The translations under genes and the position numbers were made by a program. From Perkinsus olseni (Eukaryota), in the NCBI GenBank assembly GCA_013115125.1, contig JABANN010000001.1:62001-126000 (forward strand): DNA of 64,000 nucleotides. Direction: 5' to 3'. Position 1 is the stretch's first letter. Every line of letters begins with the position of its first letter. This document shows, piece after piece, positions 25,965 to 39,900 of the stretch. The notes below the pieces were generated by a model that was not told the origin of the DNA, searched no databases, and saw nothing but the letters and a program-made list of their open reading frames with translations.

Positions 25965-26887
25965 TCATCCGGCGGCGAGGAAGCCTTCGCATTGGTCGTC
26001 CTTGTCAGCCCCGAGTTCGGAAGAGCTCCTGGAGGACTCAGGAGGAGTGTACTCGACCACCTTCTCCACGTACTTCTTGACGACCTATCAACGACATGCC
26101 CGCTGGCTTTCGGTACGCCGCGACTCACCTGAGGGACTCTAACCTCCTTCACGACGTCGACATACTTCTTCACGGGGACATCCACGTACTTGTCCACGTA
26201 CTCAACCTGAACGCGACGGTGGGTGGTTTCGAGCGCACCCAGTTTCCAGGGCCCACCTGCGGAACCTCCACGATTTTCTGGACGGTCTTAACCACTGGCT
26301 TCTTGACAGTCTTCTGCGGTACGGGGATTTCTATTATCTTATGGACAACCTTGGTCACCGGCACCTCGACCTCCCTGTCTATGTACTCGGTCTGACCACC
26401 ATACCACAGTCCAGGCCACTAGGCCATGCCGTACTACCTTAACGTTAGCAGAGGGCCCTTGCTGGCACTGCAATACGACTTCCGGGGGAGGATAAGGAGG
26501 AGGGGGACACTACAAAGCAGTAACCACAGTACCAGGCCCACAGGGAACGGCGATTCGAGTGCAACACTTACTGGCGGAGGAGGGATCGAGGACTGTCGAA
26601 CGCTCGTTCCGGGGGGCAGCTGATGATGAAGAAATTGTACAGCCGAGCTAAGCACTGAGACGAGACTTACAGAATAGGGGTAGCTGGTAGGGTCAATTGG
26701 CTTGCCATCCTTTGGTCGAGGGCGTACCGAGATTACACCGGACATGGGTGGAGGGGGACCATCAGGGTAACGTGGATGTCTTATCATCAATGCTGATAAC
26801 AACTAGCGGGAAGAGCCTTCCCACCATCACGTGAACACCAGACTGGTCGTTGTGTAACAGTGGCTGTTTAATGCTACTATGGAACAT
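25965..26887 (-). CDS. Alveolin / inner membrane complex (IMCp) protein, multi-exon
   Basis: Val/Pro/Lys/Glu-rich repeats: EYIDREVEVPVTKVVHKIIEIPVPQ...VQKIVEVPQVEYVDKYVDVPVKKYVDVVKEVRVPQ...KYVEKVVEY. Start approximate. Confidence 0.88.
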
Positions 26888-27047
26888 AGACTGTAGGTAG
26901 AAACTCACACAAGGGTTGGTATGAATGCTGAGCAAGGCAAGGTCAAGCAAGGTCAAGTCGATTTCACAGTCCACTGGAATCAAACACATGGACTCTTCGA
27001 AGTGGTGGTTAAACCATGGTAGCGAATCTAACAGGATTCTCTCAATG

Positions 27048-27980
27048 CTACAACGTACGCCGAGCCCTCCTACGTTTGCCGCTTGGCTTTAATGGTATCT
27101 CCGTTGTTGATCTTGATGTCAAATGGTCGCTGGTCGCTATATACACACTTGCCGGCGTAGGTGAAGGCGAATTTACCAACGAGTCCGTCTGAAACAGGAC
27201 GTGCCACACGCAGTCGAAAGATGCGTCGTTTTCGTGGCAACCGCAGAGAGGGTCATCATGTGGCAAGATGGCCTCGACAAATGAAATTCCCATCCGCCTG
27301 CCGGAGCCATTCGGCATTTCCCGAAATTTTTTCCATCGTCTGGATGATTCCTTGCTTTTAAATCCGCATCCTGTACTACCATCCCTATGCCTCCTTTCTT
27401 GTGTCTCATCATATGCGCTAGTAAAAAGCCGGAACGCTGGGCCCAACTCGCCGGCGTCCTTAACTCGATACTCCTCAGAGAAGCCCGAATCCTCATCCTT
27501 AATGGTCAACCGCAGCCGAAGATTCTCATCAGGCACTTCTCCTGAGCAGTAACAGTGACAGGCAGTCGGATGGTGCAGTCCGGATAGCTACAAGCGTCTC
27601 ATCTACAGAGCGTCCCGTCTCTAAAGGCTACGATACAACAACATTGGTGATGGCCATCAAGCATCTCAACTACCCCAAATTCCATGCTGAACACATCGAT
27701 ACATCAAGTGCAACTACTGTACACGAGGAGACGCCGGACCTCTCCGATAACAGTACAAAGCTCAGGAAGCTACGCATACTGATGACCGAAAGCAATGGCT
27801 GGGTGGAGAGCCCAAACAACTCAGCTGGCCTGCCCTGCCTTGATACTACCTCGATGCGTCCGTTCCTTCAACCCATACGCTGCTGATGCCATCTCTGGAT
27901 GCATGGCCATGAACCCTAGGCCTGACATGCTGACGCCGAACAAGAATAATAAAGTAAAAATAGCTGACAACGTCCCCAGA
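27048..27980 (-). CDS. Hypothetical protein, possibly secreted
   Basis: A 162-aa terminal ORF (27048..27536) plus an upstream hydrophobic stretch (AIFTLLFLFGVSM). Exon structure unresolved. Confidence 0.3.
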
Positions 27981-28081
27981 TGAACTGGTGCCGAATCACC
28001 AACACAACAAGCCGGATAAAACTACTGACGAAACGACGAGGGCGCCGCCGCCGCCCTGTCAGTGATTGCCAATGTTAACAC

Positions 28082-28980
28082 TTATCGACTAAGGAAGTTG
28101 CCAATCTGGTCACGCACACTAGAGAGAGCTGATTTGAATGAAGCTTCTTGACTTGACGACGCGAAACCTGCCAACAACAGAGGTCCATCAGCCGTCACCC
28201 GCGCACCCACTACTACCCTGCAGAGTCCTGGAAGTACCGGTACTCGAATGAGGGCGATCATCGCTGGCAGTGGTGGAGGTCTCTTCGTTCTGCATCTTAA
28301 TCCTGGACGTGATCACCGCTGAGTCCGTCTCCAATATGACCCTACGAACCAACTCCAGCAGCGCGGGTGGTGGGTGCCGGAAGCCTCACCCTTTTTCGAC
28401 TGCCTCGTCAATCATCAGAAAAACCAAGTCCAGCTTGTCGATGATCTTCTTACGGCAGACGTTGTTACTGACAGGATGACGACTATCCCCTGGCCAGCCA
28501 CCTGTCGCCTTACTGCGTGATGTTGCACAGCACTTGATAGAGACTGGTCGTGAAGTCCAGCATCATTATATCATTCTCGCTCTCCCGGGCAAGTACCTAT
28601 CAACCCGACCTAACGCCAACACGAGCCACTACCACTTTACCGCAAGCATGACATCATTCGACTGCCGCACCAGCACGATGTACTCGTCCACCAGCGCCAC
28701 TTCAACTGAACGACAATCGACGCACAGTGAGCGGCGTCTGGCTGTATTTGATTTCTCACCATCATTCCTGTTGTTAAGTCGAGCTGTCTTCGACATAAGG
28801 TCCTTCTCGAACTTCTTCTCACTGGCTAGGTCAGTGAATTTGCTTTCATCATAATACCTACATCCCGATCAACCCTCCGACCACCATCACTGCCCCCCCT
28901 CCGCGACCCTACTTAGCAGCAAGTCTTTTCCCCTCCTCATCCAAGAGAAGGATACCGGCAACACAACGGATGGATGCCAT
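28082..28980 (-). CDS. COPZ: Coatomer subunit zeta (longin-fold adaptor small chain), multi-exon
   Basis: MASIRCVAGILLLDEEGKRLAAK/YY...KKFEKDLMSKT...ESENDIMM...IIDKLDLVFLMIDEAVEK/GVILETDSAVITSRI...ALSSVRDQI. Confidence 0.92.
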
Positions 28981-29116
28981 GATAACCGAGGGCCGACTCG
29001 AGCAGAAAAAAATATTATCCTGTTCGACCAAAGATGCTCCGATACCCGACTTCACGCGCCACGAAATTACGCGCGCGCCCAGAAACTAACGCAAGACGGA
29101 TTCAAAGAGACAAACG

Positions 29117-30505
29117 TCATTGAAGGTGAGGCTGTTTAGTGATACTATTCGTACAAGCTTCCAGCGACTTCTGCAGCTCCTCGACCTTCGCACGTAGCGC
29201 CACCAGCCTGTACGAGAGGTGGCATGGCGGAATCGTCCGACTCTGATTTTTCGAGAGGTGAGGAAGTTCTAATTCGACCCCCCTAGATTCAGATTATTCG
29301 ACTACCGAGTACGCTGAGGGAGGTGATCCATGGACTGGCCGAGACCATCGACCAAGCAGCTTACTCTTTCTCATTCACTAACGTAGAGCATTTGGCTATT
29401 TCCAGGTCCTGGTCAGCGGCGGGGTCACGCTTCCTTTGCTGAGTAAGCTGCCCTCTAGTGAGGTCTATCAATCGACAGTTGGCTTGCCATAGCTCGTCTG
29501 AGAGGAGAAGGACGAACATCATACCAAACAGAAGTACCCCTTCTCGGGCGCCACGTCCCTGTAACGAGAATCGGCGCCAAGAGACGAAGCGATGGTGGTA
29601 CGGTACGGTATGAGAACGGTTGCCTCCGTTCTCATGGATGCCGACAGCACCAAGACCGTGGGTTTGACCCAGTGAACCCGTACTACTTCGCTGTAGGTCC
29701 TTGAGCTGATAGTCTTCCTTTCTCCGCCTCAAGAGATCCAATACCACAGCCATCTTGGACTCCAACGCTGCCTGCCGTGCCAAGACTCTGACAATCAGGA
29801 TTCCAAGGTAGAATCCAGGATTCCTCGACGAGGAACTGCGAGATGCTACGCGAACGCTGGGCGAATGAAAGCCCATTTGCCCGCGAGTTCGGCGGTCCAC
29901 CATGACGTCAACGGACGGCCCTCACCCCCCCTACGCCTGCTTCCGCTTCGTCAGCCGCATAGTGAGGAGTACTGTCTCCCCAACCTCCTCCTCAAGCACC
30001 GACAGACGGTTAATCAAAGCCTTCTGTCTGTCCTCGAAGGAGGTCTGTAGTTCCCGCAGTAGGCCGGCCACCCGCAAGGTCTGTCGTATCCTGGCATGAG
30101 CTTCCGCTACTCGCTCTGTCAGATCGGAAGGGTCGCCACCAACCAACGGCTTCGAACCTACAGGATCGGGAATCGTGTGCCGCCACCAGAATGCAGTCCA
30201 CTACGCAGTGACCTCACAAAGAATGGCGGACAAGAGACCATTCGGCTCAGCTCCGAGTAAGCGCGATTCGGGCTGACTATCCCAACCCACTCCTCAACGA
30301 TCTGCCCGTAAGCCCTGCGCCCCGCTTATTACCTCCCGATACGCCCTCTAGAAGCCGCGCCCATTCTGCTGCTGATTCGGGCGCCCCTCCTCCCTGAGAC
30401 CAGTCTGCTGCGGTCTTCAAAGCCCCGCCGACCGAGTCGGTCATGATAAAACAGAGAAGGAACTTCCCACTCAACCTCCTGTACGTCTCCAGTAGAACAC
30501 AACAT
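29117..30505 (-). CDS. Hypothetical coiled-coil protein, multi-exon
   Basis: Heptad-like exons (LLRELQTSFEDRQKALINRLSVLEEEV; LVALRAKVEELQKSLE). Boundaries approximate. Confidence 0.4.
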
Positions 30506-30602
30506 CAGCAAGGCAACGACGCACGTGACAGGTAGATGGGTGCAAAAGCACTGGCAAGGGACATGGTACTACAGTAAGAAGGGGCCTGCAAGGAGGAGGC
30601 CC

Positions 30603-33600
30603 TCAAACCTCTGCCACTCCTCCGGACGCCTCATCTTCTTCCCCAGCAATCGTCATCAACTCTGCCGACGTTGTGGATTTCGCTGAGTTGTCTACTCGTG
30701 CCTGCCGCTTCTCCGCGAAGGCATGGGCCCGCTTCACCTGTCAGCAACAACCCTCAACACTTTCAAGGGAATTCAATATATAGTTCGCCATCAGGAGGCT
30801 GCTCCCAATCGACTCACCGCGGGCTTGTAACGAGCCAGTTGCCACGTGACTCTCAAGGAAGACGCATGGCGCTTATACCAACCCCCGATGGCCACGGGGA
30901 TGAGTACGCCCAGAAGACCAGAGAACACTGCGACGAGGTAGAAAGAGGGCATGCCAAGGACGTAGGAGCTGAGGTAGGCCACCCGGGAACTAGGGTCGAA
31001 GGAATAGATCTTCAACCTGAAACGCCTGGCCTCGAGGGAGGGGTCGCAGGAGGGCGTCTGCAACTCACCAGACGATGTAGAGGGAGAGGGACAGCGCTAT
31101 GGACACTGCCAGAAGGAGATTGATCTCCTCAGCTATTACCAATAAAACGGCGAGGTCCAACAGGATGACGGCGGAGTAGCATAAAACTGAAGTTAGCCTG
31201 AGAATCGCGGAGGAAGATTCTGTCACAACCATTTCGCGGCGGGCGAGAACTCCTCTTACCAGAGGCCTCCAACAGCTGCCTCGTGTTCCCCCACTAGGAG
31301 TACCGCTCCGCCGTAGCATATAAACCCACAGGCGAAGGCAACGATGCAGCAAGGCACTATAGTCTGACTGCTGAACATCCTATCAAGCCTGCCTGTATAG
31401 TACCTACAACAACAGCCGCTGTCTGTGGCGAGAGGCGGGCTGATAGATCCCTACAGCTTGGGATAGCCCCGCCGAATGACGTCAGCAGGGACGTGTGGAA
31501 GGTCGTAGAGTTTGTCGAAGACCGGTGAGGCATCTCGGTCGAACACCTGGCCATGGGATGGACGGAGGGAGTGGTAGAAGAGGGGGCTATATTACCCCCA
31601 GAAGGAAGGGGGCTATGCTAGTGAAGATGAGGTTGAAGAAAGTCAGATAATACTCATCATAAAGCGTCGCTCCGCTGTAACCATTGGACATACCATACAG
31701 CCATTGCGGTACTGTTACCACCATATTCTTGAAGAAGAAATAAAGTACCTGACAACAAGCCCATCGCCATCAGTGCCGCGCACATCAGAGGAGCTTGCCA
31801 GCTTGGAAATCCTCAGGTAGCAAAGGCGGCCATGAACCAAGAGCATCCTAGTGAGGTGCCAGAATTGCGCAATGGCGAAGTCAGCGTTCTGGACTGCGGC
31901 CATGCCCTCCTTCCCGAAGATGGCTGAGAATACTCGCGCTCTCGTATGATCGGCAGCTGGAGCTGACTACCGATGCCAACGTGAGCTTTGTTAAGCATAG
32001 GGACGTCATTGGCACCATCCCCTATAGCAAGGCAAAGGGAGCCCTCACTACCAACCCTGTTCATCACCAGCGATACCTGAAGATGTACGAACATAGGCTA
32101 TGGCCTGAGAGAGGCCTACGGTAGGGCTTACCACTTGGCTCTTCTGTTCCTTAGTAGCTCGGCATACTACTACCCCGGAGGCTTTCATAAGAAGATCGGT
32201 AAGGTAGCCAGCCACGGCGTCGTCTGAAGGGAGTACTTACAACACGCTGTTAGTCGCACTCTCTAGGCCCCCTTGTAGTATCAGTACGACCCCATTCTCA
32301 TTGGCTACTTCAACTGAGGGCTATATCTGCCTCTAGCGTAGCCCCTATCATTCTCGATACATCACCTTTCCCAGCCCGCCCTTTTTAGTACCACCAACAA
32401 CATTAGTTCTATCATCTACATGGACATCATCTAAAGCATGCCCTAAACTCCTGCCGCTGATGACGATAGAGAAGTCCACAACCTCATCATCACCTCCCTC
32501 CACCCTGGCCTGACAGACTGGCCAGTCTCCCCTCTACCAACATGTAGCTACTACCAGCTCATCGGCCGCCGCCTTCAACCTCCCGCACGACTCCGCAGGA
32601 GTGTCAAAGTCAAAAACCACAAGGGCTTGCTTTCCATCCCTCTTCGAGCCCAACTCCACAGCACCATCGGCAGACCAATCGGCAGCGTCCTCTTTAACGA
32701 GACCGCAGGTCCTGGCGATCTCTATGGCCGTCCCGAGCTTATCCCCTGTTATCATGCACACTCTAATGCCCGCTGCTTTCAACCGGATGATGGCCTCCGG
32801 AACCTGCCCAACGATAACGCATCCCCCAGCAGGTATCCAAGGTCGATGCTCGTCACTTACATGATCCTGCAGTCTGTCCTCCATACCCGTACAACCCAGA
32901 GGTGTGAGGTCCGACTCGATCTCGTCATGGACAGCGGCCAGCAGGGCGTCCTTAGCCGCCCCCGGCTCCATCAACGCAGCTCCATTCAACTGAGATAACA
33001 CCAATGCTCCTCCTCAGATAGCGCACAGGCCTCTGCCGCAGAGCCAGGCCGCCGTGATGAAGTAAATTAACAATATTGAAAATAAACCATGAAATACAGT
33101 AATTTAGTAAGGGAAGGGGGACACCCCGTCAATGCACAGACGCCGTTGTCCCTCGACCCTAGCTGTCCCAACGCCCGCTACTGTCGAGCAACCGAGCACA
33201 GCGACGTTTGAGGGAAAATTATTCACACACACGACAGGCAGACACGCTTTGGAGCATATTACCCTTGCCTTGTACTCCTGCCATTGAACCCTGGATATAG
33301 CCTTCATAGCGAAGATAAGTGTACGGAACCCCTCGTGGCTGTACCTACACTACGACGAGATCCGCAACGCCCCCACAGGCAGCACTTCTACCTGTTAACG
33401 GCTTCTACCAAGGAATCAGTTATTTCCTGGCAGCCCGTCCGAGGGCTCAGGCGGCCAAGCATAACATCATCGGCTCCCTTGGTGTAGATGTAAAGTACCT
33501 GCCAACTCAGGGTGACGATCGACAACCGTTAAGTGGTAATACTCCGGCGAGGCCCAACGCAGTAGAACAACACTCCGGCGGCTGTTTTGCGCTTCTTTCA

Positions 33601-36600
33601 AGAATCCGGATCGCTTTGAGACGCAGTGGGCGCTCCACATGGCAGTCGCCTTATTACATCCTGATCATCCCCGGGTGGGTAGACCATAACAGTGCTCCTC
33701 TTCCTCTCGTTAGTGAATGGCACAACACCTTCTACACGCCAACGCTGCTGCTGCTGCTGTGCATCGCCGCCAGCCAGCTCCAACTCCAGCTGGAGATCTG
33801 ACTGCTCTCTCTCAACCAATTTGTATCTGGGAATACCATCCTCGGGGCTCCCTTCAGAATGGCGACTCACCCAAGGCAAACAGCAGCAGCTTGGACCAGA
33901 CAGCACTCATCAGGACTTTCTCCAGCGTACTTGGGCTTCCAGCCATCGGACAGTTGGGCTACGACGCGCTCTCGCTGTGACCCCCGCCTCATACTCATCC
34001 TGGCGCTTCTTGCAGCTTCTGCGGTACCGAAACTGATGAAGACACGAGCTTCGATGCCAACAAGCGAATAAAGACACAACCGCGTGTAAGTATTCTCGCG
34101 CAGAGGGCAGCCAGGCTGGTAGCCAGGATAAACGGTCAAGCGCAGTTGATGACGATGATATCGGAATGCTTACTCAGGTGTGACAGAATGGCAAGTGGCC
34201 ATGAGGTTAGCGAAGTGGTGTAGGATATCCCTTTGGGACTCTATCTTCACACCAGCCCCTGCCTCCAGGTCTAGATGACCGATGCTGGCGTCTGTGGCTC
34301 CTCGAAGATGCTTCATAAGCCGAGATCGGTCGAACACTGCCGGGCTAGGGTCGCCTGAGGGAAACCGGCTCAGCTGTCATCAGCCCAACTCGGCAACTCC
34401 AGGCGCATATACAATAACCTCGACCGATGCCCATACTCACCTTCGTACTCCTCCTCGCCATCACCAAGGCCGTCGAACTCTTCACTATGGCTGCGATGGC
34501 CTTCCCCCATCACTCCACCAGGCGACCCCACCGGCCCTCCATAGTGGACGTGGCCCACTGTAATCGCTCGCAACCGGAGCTCGTTGGCGGTCAGCGTGCC
34601 GGTCTTGTCCGAAAAGATATAGCCGACCTGGCCAAGGTCCTCATTGATAGTGGTAGTACGGCAGACTGCACTCTGGCCCAGGTACCGCATTCTCGTATCA
34701 TACCTAGGGCATCGGGAAGAGAATAGATCGTACAATTTCTTCTCGATAGATGACCCCCAGCCCGGATTCCCTCTTTCCAATTCCCTCACTACTCGATAAA
34801 GTAACTCTGTATGAGTCTGACCATCTCCAGAGTGACCATCAATGAGAGTGGTACCAAGGACTGCAGTATGGGGATGTACGACACTACCGTTATGATGAAG
34901 TCCACTGCCTGAAGGGAGCAGACCAACTTCATGAGGGAGAAGTGTGCCTCTGTTCGGTGTTGGCCTAACGGCCGCGTGGATGACTGCTAACAGGCGAACC
35001 CGACGTAGCGTTCCCGTAACACTACCGTTGATACTGAGGAATATCCCGCGATATACCAAGGGGCAGTCGGTGAGGATCGGCCCAGGGAGGAGGTTGCATT
35101 GCCGATCCCCATGCTCAGGCACATGAGGATTTGAATAGCGAGAATCATGAGTACCTGAATACCGTACCATCCCGAATGTATGCAGAAAAAGAGCTGCACT
35201 TACCATCTGAACGAGCTTCCTTTGGACCTTACTAACCTTGGCTACCGGGGTGTTCTGCCCCACCATAACTTTCGTGTCCGGCCCAGTGTATCTGATGGTA
35301 TTGGGTGTTCCCTGTAGAGGGAGAGAGCGGTAAGAGCGTACACTGCCATGCCGTAGAACCACTCAGCGTTCTTCAGTATTGCATCTCGGGGGACAAAGTT
35401 GTCAGCGGATAAAGGTATCTAAAATTCTGCATCTTACCACGTCGGCCTGTGGATACTCTCGAATAAACCAAGTCGACCACCACGAGAGAAGTTCGCAGCC
35501 ACCGTAACCATTGACACTCGGAAGCGAGAGACCCCCATCTACTACCGGGACGCCATCCTCCTGCATCTTCAGGACGCCGTGAAAGACATCTAGGCTGCCA
35601 ATAGGCATGCCGCAAGTAACAAAGGCGCCATTGTCAAGCTCCGTTAATGAAGGTGAGGGGGGCTCTGCTATCGTAGTAGTTGTACGACTGAGGCGGTAAT
35701 TCGCTGCTAGATTGCACACCAAGGTTGGCGTACCTCCGAACACTCCCGTGGGAGTCCGCAGATAGTGCTGGCGAGAACTTGGATTTCAGAGTAGTTTCGC
35801 CGTCCAAGGAAGCCGTTTGGATCTGTCGGCCGAGAGTTCATTCTTTCGTTCAATTTTGAGTCCAACCTACATGGATCTCTCCCCCTCTACTACTACCAAA
35901 CACGACCATGTCCGCAGGAATCGCTTCGTCGCAATAGACGAGGAGGACATCTCCGACCTGGGAGACTCTCAAATGCTGTGCCACGGTAATTATAATACTT
36001 GCACATCCATCCATTTGATCACTTGCCACGTATCTTCCCCGGGTCGACCTAAGATACGCGGACTGCACGAAAACGACAGAGCGCGCGTTAAATAAAGGAA
36101 TTCTGAAACTCAGAATCGAGTCTGGCATTGATTTTTACATGTGAAAATCATAAAAAAATCATAAAATTTTTACGCCTTTCATAATCGATTCTGAATTCCG
36201 GAATCGGTTTATTGAGCGACCCCAGGGAGGCCATTTAGGCCCGATCTACTACCCTCCGGATCCCTTCGCCTAGCGAAGCAGGATGCGCTGTTTATCCTGT
36301 CGTCCTCTTTATGCGCATGGAAGTCTTCCAACCCTTCTCGCAATATCGATACCGAAACCACCTGGGATGCCGGCCGTATCTTTAGATATCTTAGGTTGAA
36401 CATGGCCACTTACAAAGAACAGTGCCATAGCGTCGGATACGGGCCTCAGAGAGCTCAAGCTTGGGATGCTACGCAGCACAATGATAACCAAAAAGTAGAA
36501 GTTGATGGCTTGTCGAAATTGCAGGTACAAAGCCGTAGGAAGGAAATTCCACCACCGGTACCTGAGATCCGCATATCTTCCTGAGGCGGCACTTGACGAG

Positions 36601-36795
36601 GTTAAAAGATACTTAGTCTAAGTATCTATCAAGAAGTAACTTAAACCCGGCCTGGGTTTACTTGGAGTTTCTGACTTGATTGGGCGGAAATTCTAACCTT
36701 GTTTCCTCGGCGACTTTGGCGAAGATCTTCCGACTTCCGGTGGCTAAGTCAACAAAAGATACTTCCACCTTCGCGCTTTCTCCAACATCGTCCAT
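30603..36795 (-). CDS. P4-type ATPase (phospholipid flippase), multi-exon
   Basis: [132 protein letters not shown]. 3' end approximate. Confidence 0.95.
36086..36218. repeat. AT-rich intronic element with imperfect terminal inverted repeats (MITE-like)
   Basis: Left end AATAAAGGAATTCTGAAACTCAGAATCGA; reverse complement of right end AATAAACCGATTCCGGAATTCAGAATCGA. Internal near-palindrome TGATTTTTACATGTGAAAATCA. Confidence 0.55.
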
Positions 36796-36998
36796 TAGGG
36801 TAAGGGGCCAGAAATAGAAAAACAGAAGCGATACAGCCTTATTGTCAAACAATTGTGATGTTGCGAAGGAGCTTCGCCGTTTATGAGAAAAAAAGCGTTA
36901 CCGGAATCTTTCACGCAAGCTGACATAATCGTTATCGTTGGTGCCAGGTCTCCCGCACTTACCAGTGAAGATCTTCATCTCTCAGTGTGGTCAGCACT

Positions 36999-39900
36999 AT
37001 GCCTTCCGCGAAGAAGACCCGCCAAACGTCGTCTGAGGCGTCGGAGGCTTCCTCCGCCCCCTCAAAGCCCATCCGTGAAGAGGACGCGGCCTTGCAGGAA
37101 TTGGAGGACTCCAAGGAGGTCTCTGGCTTCGAGATCGGCGAAGATGAGGTTGAAAACGCCAGCACTCATGCTGCTAGTGGCGATGAAGGGTAATAATAAT
37201 GATGACAAGGGAATGGGGCGGCGGCGGTCATGATCTCTCCTTCGTCCGTTGTCGTATCCTCGCTGGCTTCAACCGAGTAAGAACCGATCGGAGTGTCTAT
37301 TCTTCAGGGAAGAGGAGTCCTCGGAGACTGACGAGGACTACGATTCGGACGATTCTGATGATGAGTAAGGGGTTGGAGGGCTCTCTCAGGATTCACGGTC
37401 CGTCTAGGTACACTCGGAACCGCATTGGTAAAGTGCCGCTGAAATGGTATCTAGACAACCACGATCATATCGGATATGACATATCCGGGAAGAAGATCGC
37501 ACGCACTGTGAAGACTTCCGAGATTGATACGCTTTTGAGGGCGGTAGTAGGGGATGGGGCAACTGCTGCTTTCGTCCAGCGCGACGTCGTGTAAAGGCGG
37601 CTTGGGTTTGGGGAGATCCTTGAAAATTCGGATGGGTTCGGTCAGGCCGAAGACCCCGACGCTTGGCGTACCATCACTGATGTCAAGAACGATAGAGAGA
37701 TCAAACTCACTGACAGTGACCTCAGGATAATACAGTAAAACTAGTGCCATCAGCAGGCGTACCAGTGAACTCTGCCTGCGTCTTAGGCGCATACGAAAGG
37801 GCCTGTTCCCCACTGGCCGTGGTGACGGTGACGAGGATGAGGAGTTCCAGGTGAGTACGGGCGGCTGTACTGATGTGTGACTTCGGTAGCTGCAGGTTGA
37901 GTACGAAGACCGTCTCGAAGATAAGATTCATCCGTTGAGGACGCGGTACCCTTCTAAGAAGTCCTTCATGCCGGACCAGGATGAGGCTCGTAAGGTGAAG
38001 AGGCTGATCAAGCTCATAAGGGCTGGCATTATCAAACCGAAGGAAGAGAAGCCTAAGAAGGAGGAGGTGGTCCATACCACTCCATGGGTAACTCGTATTT
38101 CGTGGCGCATCTTCAGGAGGAAGCATTTGACGTCTGGGGTGATGAGGATGAAGAAGGGGAAGGACGGAAGCTCAAGGGTAGGGATGCCTGCGCTTCTTCC
38201 TCTCCGTTATCGGAGACATCTGCAGGTCCGGCACCTATCCCGGCTCCCAAGCAAGCACTGCCAACTCACAGTGAGAGCTATAACCCTCCTGAGGAGTATC
38301 TCTTCGATGACGTGAGCCGCCTCAGTATTTGTAATGCCCCGACTGGTGGTTGTAATGGTAGGCGGAGAAGGCTGAGTGGGAGGCGGGGGATGACAGTATT
38401 AGGAAGCAGAACTACATGCCTCACAAGTTCGCCTGCCTACGACACGTTCCCTTCTACCGGGACTTCCTCAAGGAGCGCTTCGAGCGGTGTCTCGATCTTT
38501 ACCTCTGTCCGAGGGTTGTTAAGAAGAAGATGAACGTTGGTACTACTCAGACGGTGCTTGCTCTTGCTTGCTGGACTGATCCCATCAGACCCGTTGTCGT
38601 TGCTGCCGCAATTGCCCTCGCCTTCGGATCTTCGACCCTTCCCTACCACTGTGGGCGTCGACTTCAAGGGCCATCACGAGAAGGTCACTGACAGCAGCTT
38701 CAACGCTACGTAGGCCGTCCTCGGGATATTGAGTGACGACGATATTGAGTCGCCTTCTCCTGCTCAGTGGGGAGGTTCTAGCTACATGTGCTGCGGATGG
38801 ACTGAGGATTTGGGATACACTGAGTGGATGCTGCCTGGTATACAAGGCTCCGACGAAGGCTGTTGTGAAGGGGAAGAATGAAGAAGGAGAGTGTAGTACA
38901 GGAGGGCGTCGGGTATAGGTCTTAGGGCTGTGCTGGAGCTTGGTAGCGTATCTGGTGCGCGAGTGCGCGTGCGTTCGAGTGCGAGGACTGTTGTTGTTTT
39001 CAGCGGTTGAAGTGGAAGTGGATGTGTCACCACTGTGTGTGGCTTGGCACCCCAAGTATGCTGATATCCTGGCCGTGGGAACCGATAATGGAACGGTAGA
39101 ACTTCTACGGTGAGTGGAGACCAGGATAGTACTGTGGTCGACGACCAATCAATCAGGCCGCAGTGCGTGAAGGCAGCCCCGGCAGCTGAGGAGGAGGAGT
39201 CTAACGATGGGGACAGTGATGACGAGGAGGACCAGGCCGCCGGTGCCCGTCGGACCAGCTCCAGTGCCGATCTCTTGGAGCCAGCTGAGGAAGGGTGAGT
39301 CGGGTCGTCAGCTCTCCGCAGGCTTCTCGGTGAAACCACGCGTGTCGGTTTCTCTGCCTCTCTCTTTTCACTGCCTTCTGGTACGGACCACGGGTTATTG
39401 TATTTTAGGGAATGGACGGCTATCACCGATGCTCCAGGCTTCGAGGGCCTTCTTATCAAGGCTGATGAACGTGCTGATATTACTAGGTTAACGTGGCATC
39501 CCAGAGGTGGGTGAAGCTTCTGCTTTCTGTGGGCACGCCTCATCATTGTCCTTCTATGGTAGGTTGGTACCTCTCCCACGTGGCACCCAATGCTGTGCAA
39601 GTCCGGTCTCAATGCGTGATACACAACCTCAAGTCACAAAAGACTATTCGACCCTTCAGCAAGTCCAAGGGAGGCAAGATTCAGGCCTCGGCCTTCCACC
39701 CACGGAGACCGCAGTTCTATATCTGCACTCAGAAGAATGTGAGCCAGCACCTGCTGATGTGCGCCAACCCGAGAGCTTGTGCATGCGTGCCAGTGGTTAG
39801 CTGACGATGTGCATGCGTGCATTCCTAGGAGAGTCTGGAGTCGGTCGATCGCATCATGACGTTGTTGCTGGTCAGGTCCGGTTGTATGACCTGAAGGCTC

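Noticed and set aside
29743-29765. ACCACAGCCATCTTGGACTCCAA resembling the perkinsid/dinoflagellate spliced leader
   Set aside because: Several mismatches and indels, lies antisense within a coding exon (ALESKMAVV), and has no downstream GT donor or Sm site.
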